Origin: an uncultured Chthonomonadaceae bacterium
GTDB lineage: Bacteria; Armatimonadota; Chthonomonadetes; Chthonomonadales; Chthonomonadaceae
Direction: 5' to 3'
DNA length: 64,000 nucleotides
Assembly: GCA_963817895.1 (NCBI GenBank)
Contig: CAWFQB010000002.1
Location: 128,001 to 192,000 of the forward strand
Both the position numbers and the translations under genes were made by a program. Below, piece by piece: positions 58,857 to 64,000 of this stretch (positions are counted from its first letter, which is position 1; every line of letters begins with the position of its first letter). The notes under the pieces were generated by a model. That model made no database searches. It had not been told where the DNA came from and saw only the letters and a list, made by a program, of their open reading frames with translations.

Positions 58857-60086
58857 CTAATCCGGTATGTACTGGTGCTGCAAGTTCAGCAGGGAGCGGC
58901 GCGGCCCCAAATGCTTGTTGAACGTGTTGTTGAAGTTGAAGACAAAGCCAATTTGTACAGAGTGTTCGTCTTTCACACCGCTGTACGCGCTCGCATAGGC
59001 CGACTGCCGGTTTTGGTACTGATACTGCACCACCACATCGAAGCCGCTGCCCAAGCGTTTTACGCCCGTGAGAGCCAGGCCGAAGGTGTTGCCATCACGT
59101 ACCTTGTCGTAGGACTTATAGCCCGCCGTGAGGGACACCTGATAGCCGGGAACTCCGAACGGGCTGTGCAGATAACGCAGCGAAACTGCTGCCGTGTTGC
59201 CGTCTCCGCGAAAGGTGTCTGTCACGCTGCCGAAGGCGCGCGTGTCGTTGCCAAACGCATAGTAATCCTGAACGCGCAGGTCAATCCGGTCTACGGGATC
59301 GGGAGCGATATTGTAAACCAAACCGCCATAAACCACGTTCGACGCGCCGCCTTCTCCCCTGCCAAGCGATCTGCGCTCAAAACCTGCGCCCCACAGCGGA
59401 ACCTTTTTCAGTGTTTCCAACGCGGCAAGTTCCTGATACTGGTAGGCGATGCCATAGGAATTGATGCCTGCCTGTCCGACCGTTGATGACGTAGACGTAA
59501 TCAGGTTTTGGGCATGGAAGTTCAACGATGAGCGCAGGTTGCCATGTAGCACAACGGTCGCCTGGTTGGTGTAACGATGCTCCTGCACATTGTTGCCGTT
59601 GGAAAACGGGTCGAGGACGTTGACAAATTCGTTCAGATCGTCCCCGCGTACCGTTGGGAAATCCACCAGCCGCGTCCCCGTATCCGTGCGCCCGATGTAG
59701 GCTTCGAGTTTGTTGGTCTGGTAGTTCAGATACAACTGGTGCAGGAACGCATCTGTACCACTCGGCGCACGGTTCGATTCGGTTGAGGTCAGCCCAACCA
59801 CGAAACTACCGATACCGCCCTTACGCGCCAGCCGCTCCGAAACGCCCAGCAGCAGGGCCGAGTCAGACAGATTGATGCGGCTGCTGCTGGAGCGCGCGCC
59901 GCTGGGCAGCGTGATACGCGGCGAATGGTATTCCAGCGTGCCGATGCCCGTGCCATCCAATTCGATTTGCGGCGAGATGCTTGGCTGCTCCGGGATGGGT
60001 GTCTGCTGCGCCTGTCCCTGCGCCATTCCGGGGAGGAGCGCGGCGGCGAGGGCCAGCAGCGTTACTCCGGGTCGATTCGTCTTCAA
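58857..60086 (-). CDS. Putative outer-membrane beta-barrel protein
   Basis: Signal peptide; alternating aromatic/hydrophobic beta-strand pattern; AGGAG RBS before TTG. Confidence 0.55.
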   Translation of the reverse strand: MKTNRPGVTLLALAAALLPGMAQGQAQQTPIPEQPSISPQIELDGTGIGTLEYHSPRITLPSGARSSSSRINLSDSALLLGVSERLARKGGIGSFVVGLTSTESNRAPSGTDAFLHQLYLNYQTNKLEAYIGRTDTGTRLVDFPTVRGDDLNEFVNVLDPFSNGNNVQEHRYTNQATVVLHGNLRSSLNFHAQNLITSTSSTVGQAGINSYGIAYQYQELAALETLKKVPLWGAGFERRSLGRGEGGASNVVYGGLVYNIAPDPVDRIDLRVQDYYAFGNDTRAFGSVTDTFRGDGNTAAVSLRYLHSPFGVPGYQVSLTAGYKSYDKVRDGNTFGLALTGVKRLGSGFDVVVQYQYQNRQSAYASAYSGVKDEHSVQIGFVFNFNNTFNKHLGPRRSLLNLQHQYIPD

Positions 60087-60146
60087 TCCCTGTTCTCCTT
60101 ATTGTTTGCCATCTTGCCTGTTGATATGGTTTGGTTCACGACCGAC

Positions 60147-61466
60147 TTACGAGTCCGTCGCAATCACTTCTTTGAACTTGAAGCCCGCTTCTTCGGCGTC
60201 CTCGTACATCAGCATCGTCATCATGCCGCCCGGCGACATGCCATTGTTCATCAGGCTAATGTCGCTGTGGTCGTGGAAGTGCCAGCCGCCCGGATTGGTT
60301 CCCTGCACAATGATGTCCGCCGTGCTGCCCGGAAAAACCGGCACGGTGTTCATGCGAACAGGCGACGCGAGTGGCGAACCATCCTGGCACACATGCCAAA
60401 AGTCGTGTCCGTGCAGGTGCATGTTGTGGAGAAGGATGCCCGCATTGATGAGCCGGATGCGGATGTTTTCGCCGCGCTTAATGTGCATGTGTTCCGTCAT
60501 GGGGTAGGGCCTGCCGTTGATGAGGAAAAAGTTCGGCTCAATCCGCATTGCCGGGCCGGTACGCGCGCGGTGATAGGGGGGCGTCCAGCCGCTTTTGACG
60601 GCCTTAACAAAGGTTTCTTTATCCTTAAACCAGCCCATCATGTTGCCATTCATCTTCGCCATGAGTTTCGAGGAGCCATTCATGGCATCCATCGTCACGC
60701 CCATCGTCAGCATTTCGTTCATCTGTTCGCGCAAAAAGTCCGTATCCACCTCGCTCAAGACAAGGGTGTACTCGCGGTCATACGGAAACGTTTTCTGCAC
60801 AATATCCGGTTCCGCAGGCTCAATGATGAGCGAACCGTATAGTCCGGCCTGGATGTGCATGTTGGTCATATTGTGGCAGTGGTAAAAGTGCGTCCCCGCA
60901 GGCTGCGCTTTCCACAGGTATGTGAACTTCTGCCCGTAACCGACCGGATACTGCGTCCCCAACGGTACACCATCCATTTCACAGGGAACGTAGATGCCGT
61001 GCCAATGGATGGTGTGGAAGTCATGGGTCTTGTTTGACAGGTTGACCTTGACCCAATCGCCTTCTTTCACACGGATTTCCGGGCCGGGCAACGTTTTGTT
61101 GAACGTATAGAAGTGGTGTTCTTCCAGCGGCAGTATCTCGATCTTCTCGACCGTCACCTCAATGTTAAACTCGTGTATTTTGTCACCCGGCTTGGGCATG
61201 TCGCGCGGGTTCCACTTGGGCGCAGTCTCGTTGATAATCAACTGCGAGGGCCAGCCATTATGCTGTGTGTTTTCCACCGGTACAGCGGTCGTGTCGGTTT
61301 TAGGCGCGGCTGGATTGACGACCGTTCCTTGTGCCTGCGCGGGCTGCGCGTCCAATCCCGCTCCTATTCCAAACGCGCCTGCGATTCCCGCCAGCCGGGA
61401 CAGGAATTTGCGGCGTCCTACCTGCTTTGTACCTTCCGGCTTTGTATATTCGGTTTTGGTGTCCAT
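60147..61466 (-). CDS. Tat-exported two-domain multicopper oxidase
   Basis: GRRKFL Tat signal; HTIHWHG, HFYHCH..H, HNMHLHGH, WHFHDH. Confidence 0.9.
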   Translation of the reverse strand: MDTKTEYTKPEGTKQVGRRKFLSRLAGIAGAFGIGAGLDAQPAQAQGTVVNPAAPKTDTTAVPVENTQHNGWPSQLIINETAPKWNPRDMPKPGDKIHEFNIEVTVEKIEILPLEEHHFYTFNKTLPGPEIRVKEGDWVKVNLSNKTHDFHTIHWHGIYVPCEMDGVPLGTQYPVGYGQKFTYLWKAQPAGTHFYHCHNMTNMHIQAGLYGSLIIEPAEPDIVQKTFPYDREYTLVLSEVDTDFLREQMNEMLTMGVTMDAMNGSSKLMAKMNGNMMGWFKDKETFVKAVKSGWTPPYHRARTGPAMRIEPNFFLINGRPYPMTEHMHIKRGENIRIRLINAGILLHNMHLHGHDFWHVCQDGSPLASPVRMNTVPVFPGSTADIIVQGTNPGGWHFHDHSDISLMNNGMSPGGMMTMLMYEDAEEAGFKFKEVIATDS

Positions 61467-61527
61467 CGTTGTATCCTTATGGCACGGCGGGAAAAGCATT
61501 TCCCGCCGTGCCAACTATGAACCGATG

Positions 61528-62181
61528 CTACTTCGCGTCTTTGCTCGGCGCTTCGGTCGCCTTCTTTTGCTGGGCGTCCTTGATGCGCGCGTCAAGGCCG
61601 TTCAGGTACTTGTCCGGGTTCTTGTCGAACTGCGGTTTGCACCCGTCGCAGCAGAAGTAGTACCGCGTGTCCTTGTAGTCACTGTAATCGGGGGCTTTGG
61701 CGTAAGCCTCCACGATCTCATTGCTCACCGGGCAGAACAAAACTTCCTTCTTGGGTACAGCCGCGTACTTCTTCGGCTCTTGGTCAAAGGTCTTTTTTTC
61801 ATCTTCTTTGGCAAAGAAATAGCGGACGCCGTTGTAGTCGCTATGCACGGTTGCCTTATCCGCTTCGAGGCGTTTGGTCGTGACAGGATCGAACATCGCC
61901 GTGCCGAGCACTTTGCCTTTGTTCTTGTCGTCCTTGAGGAACTTGGCCTGGTCTTTGTCGAACTGCGGCTTGCAGCCCTCGCAGCAGAAGTAATACCGCA
62001 CACCTTTGTAGTCCGAGGGCTGCGTGTCCTTTGTTACTTTGGCAATCGGGTTGTGCAGCACGGGACAGGTAAAGGAACCGGTGTCCTCAGCGCGAACGAC
62101 AGAAACAGGGAACAGTACGGCGGCGCAGGCGAGAGCCGCAAGAAAAGTGCGCCGAGACGCGCGAATGGTCTGGGAAAACAT
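61528..62181 (-). CDS. Protein with three YHS domains and a Tat-like signal
   Basis: SRRTFL; CPV..YKGVRYYFCCEGC; DPV..YNGVRYFF; CPV..YKDTRYYFCCDGC. Confidence 0.85.
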   Translation of the reverse strand: MFSQTIRASRRTFLAALACAAVLFPVSVVRAEDTGSFTCPVLHNPIAKVTKDTQPSDYKGVRYYFCCEGCKPQFDKDQAKFLKDDKNKGKVLGTAMFDPVTTKRLEADKATVHSDYNGVRYFFAKEDEKKTFDQEPKKYAAVPKKEVLFCPVSNEIVEAYAKAPDYSDYKDTRYYFCCDGCKPQFDKNPDKYLNGLDARIKDAQQKKATEAPSKDAK

Positions 62182-62250
62182 GGATACATACCTTTCTTCG
62201 AGTTGATGTGACGCTAGATTAAGGCTACCATCAGGCAGCCGGAGTCAGAC

Positions 62251-62689
62251 TCATCCCTGGAAAGGTGGGGCGCGAGGCGAGGAGGAAGAACGCGAAACGC
62301 TTTGCGCAGTTTCGTCTGCGTCGGCAATAAGAATATCACGACGCGCTACGGCTGGCGCACAAATGCTTGGAGTAGAGACGAGAATAGCCGGAAAGGACAC
62401 AACGACGATGAGTCTGCGGCGTGGGTACGCGCTCAGGCGCAGGGTTGACGGCACAGGAACAGTCGTTCCTATGGCAACTGTCAGAGTGAGCCGCGTTGTG
62501 TGCCATACCAAAGCGGGCAGCATGGCAGGCGCAAGTTACGGTATGGGCGGCGCAACACGCGCGCGGCATGGGAGCGGCTTGCCCCATGTCCTTGCAGGCG
62601 GCGACAGCAGGCGCGCAGGTCGCAAGCGTTGGGAACGCCAGGATCAGCAAAACCGCCAGATGCCAGATTATGCGTCGCGTCGTGTGCAT
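62251..62689 (-). CDS. Cys/His-rich secreted leader protein with C-terminal RAPP motif (DUF2946/CruR-like); one frameshift
   Basis: Signal peptide and RACC..CAC..SCH..CSC in frame 62336-62689, continuing into SSSSPRAPPFQG-stop in frame 62251-62523. Confidence 0.65.
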
Positions 62690-62731
62690 AGTATTCGGTA
62701 CGAGACTTAAAAGATGGATGTCACTAAATTA

Positions 62732-62748
62732 TTCTACCATAAGTAGAA
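62732..62748. promoter_or_regulatory. Candidate operator TTCTAC-N5-GTAGAA overlapping a TAGAAT -10 box
   Basis: Perfect 6-bp arms upstream of the RAPP leader and oxidase operon. Confidence 0.55.
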
Positions 62749-62810
62749 GTTCTCTGATGTGAAATTTTCCACTCTTTCCACTCCGAGCGAATGTTTTACC
62801 CTTTTACACG

Positions 62811-63894
62811 TTAGCGTAGCGTCCGCGCAACGGCTTCCAGGCTGCAATGCGCGGTACAAAGCGCCTGCGGTGTCAGGAGCAAGGCCAATCCCACGATAGT
62901 GAGAACTGCGGTGATGGCCCAATGCCAAAGCCGCATGGGAAAAGGTTCGATTGGAGGTGTAACTGCCTGCTCCGCATACGCCAGTAGGCGCTCTACGCGC
63001 TTGTGGGGCGAACACGCGGATTCCTCTGCAAACCCCAATATCACTGTAGGCAGCGGGTTGGCTTGAACAGACGCGCCTTGAACGCGCAAAATCGCCGACG
63101 CAAGCGCTAGGGGATTACGCGTGTGGGCTGTCGTTGCCGCATCGCACGCCAGTTCGGTCTCCTCGCGCCAATGCCGAGAGAGCAGCCGCAAGGGGCGCAA
63201 ATAGAAGAATATACAGTTGAATAAGCCGATCAACAACGTGCGCCATACATCGCGGGCACGGATAATGGTTTATCTCATGCAGCAACACTGCTGCCAGTTC
63301 TTCGTCCGTAGCAGCGCTGACCAGTTCCGTGGAGAGGACACAACGGACGTGACGGATGCCTAACAAACAGGAGCGTGCCATTGGAATATCGGCCTCGAAG
63401 AATTCCAGAGGCTCGTAGTTGCTGCCAACACGAACGTGGTCTAGCGCCGCCGCTAATTTCGGCGACGGAAGTTTCAGGAAGGGACGCAGTTCTCGTTCCA
63501 GCGAAAGGGTAGCGGCAAGCAAGCGAAGGCCAGAAACGATGCCCCATGCCAACAATATCCACGCGGCCCCCTGAATCATCAGCCCGGCAATAATAGGTAT
63601 TTTTCCCTCCGGCACGGTGAGGAAGTGTGCGATGTCAGCACAGTAAACGCTGTGATGTTCCCGACTCGGCACATGGCTGTGGCGGAGGAACGCGCCACCT
63701 ACGGTAAGAACGCCCGCAGCCGTAGGAGGCAGCACAAGGGCTAAGAATAATGCTCCTCGCAGCCCGTGCTTGGACGCTCCAACGCGTATCTTTGAAACAA
63801 AGGTGATGACAAGCCATGCTGCCGTGTAGAATACAGCGCTCAACGCCAGGAAGAACACGGCGCTGACAAGCAAGAGAGCATAATTAACTACCAT
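62811..63894 (-). CDS. BlaR1/M56 family membrane metallopeptidase; one frameshift near 63260
   Basis: N-terminal TMs; DEELAAVLLHEINH; ETELACD..PLALASAIL; RVERLL. Confidence 0.85.
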
Positions 63895-64000
63895 CAGGCT
63901 CCTCCTTTGCTTTGCGGCGTTGCAGTTCCTCCACGCGCCGGGCCAGTTCCGCCAGGTCTGCCCCTTCCTCTGCGGTCTGGGAAAAGTAGGTCGCTACCGC
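63884..64000 (-). CDS. C-terminus of a probable BlaI/MecI/CopY family repressor (partial)
   Basis: AVATYFSQTAEEGADLAELARRVEELQRRK; overlaps the M56 start. Family assignment rests mostly on context. Confidence 0.55.
   Translation of the reverse strand, partial: AVATYFSQTAEEGADLAELARRVEELQRRKAKEEPDGS

Larger units (their letters stand above)
29313..64000. mobile_element. Integrative element / genomic island inserted in comM; attL near 29305-29320, right end outside the window
   Basis: comM truncated at ctggacga|; a large serine recombinase gene ends about 70 bp away; accessory cargo follows; no 3' half of comM seen in the window. Confidence 0.8.

Noticed and set aside
60147..61466. Copper nitrite reductase NirK
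   Set aside because: Both domains keep the HxH pairs for a trinuclear cluster, and the context is copper homeostasis.

Overview
Bacterial genomic window, GC-rich, probably Armatimonadota (inferred from PEP-CTERM and HAF-repeat proteins, a DUF1501 cluster and short-tandem-repeat families). Many single-base frameshifts, even in murA and uppP, point to uncorrected long-read indel errors. Bases 1-29.3 kb are host chromosome: a tRNA(CAU), probably Ile2, split by a 270-nt group I intron at U33/C34; a GHL10 hydrolase; two cyclophilins separated by a 159-bp IS5-like MITE; hisF; a FliA/WhiG sigma factor; a Doc-type toxin-antitoxin pair; sugar ABC components; hslU, uppP, murA, mreB and several accessory genes. 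comM is cut at its LFLD(E) Walker B motif (~29313) by an integrated element that runs past the window end. The element carries two large serine recombinases (the second with a large catalytic-domain insertion, a YozE-like tail and a perfect sigma70 promoter), an uncharacterised operon, a tandemly duplicated and fused gene, a palindrome cluster and a TM0106-like nuclease. It also carries a ~22-kb copper cluster: TolC/MFP/RND, two P1B ATPases, CopZ, CsoR, YHS and YtkA proteins, a type C two-domain multicopper oxidase and a BlaI/M56 pair. Both envelope operons of the cluster start with Cys-rich secreted leader ORFs ending in the RAPP ribosome-arrest motif, and three promoters share a 17-bp palindromic operator candidate.
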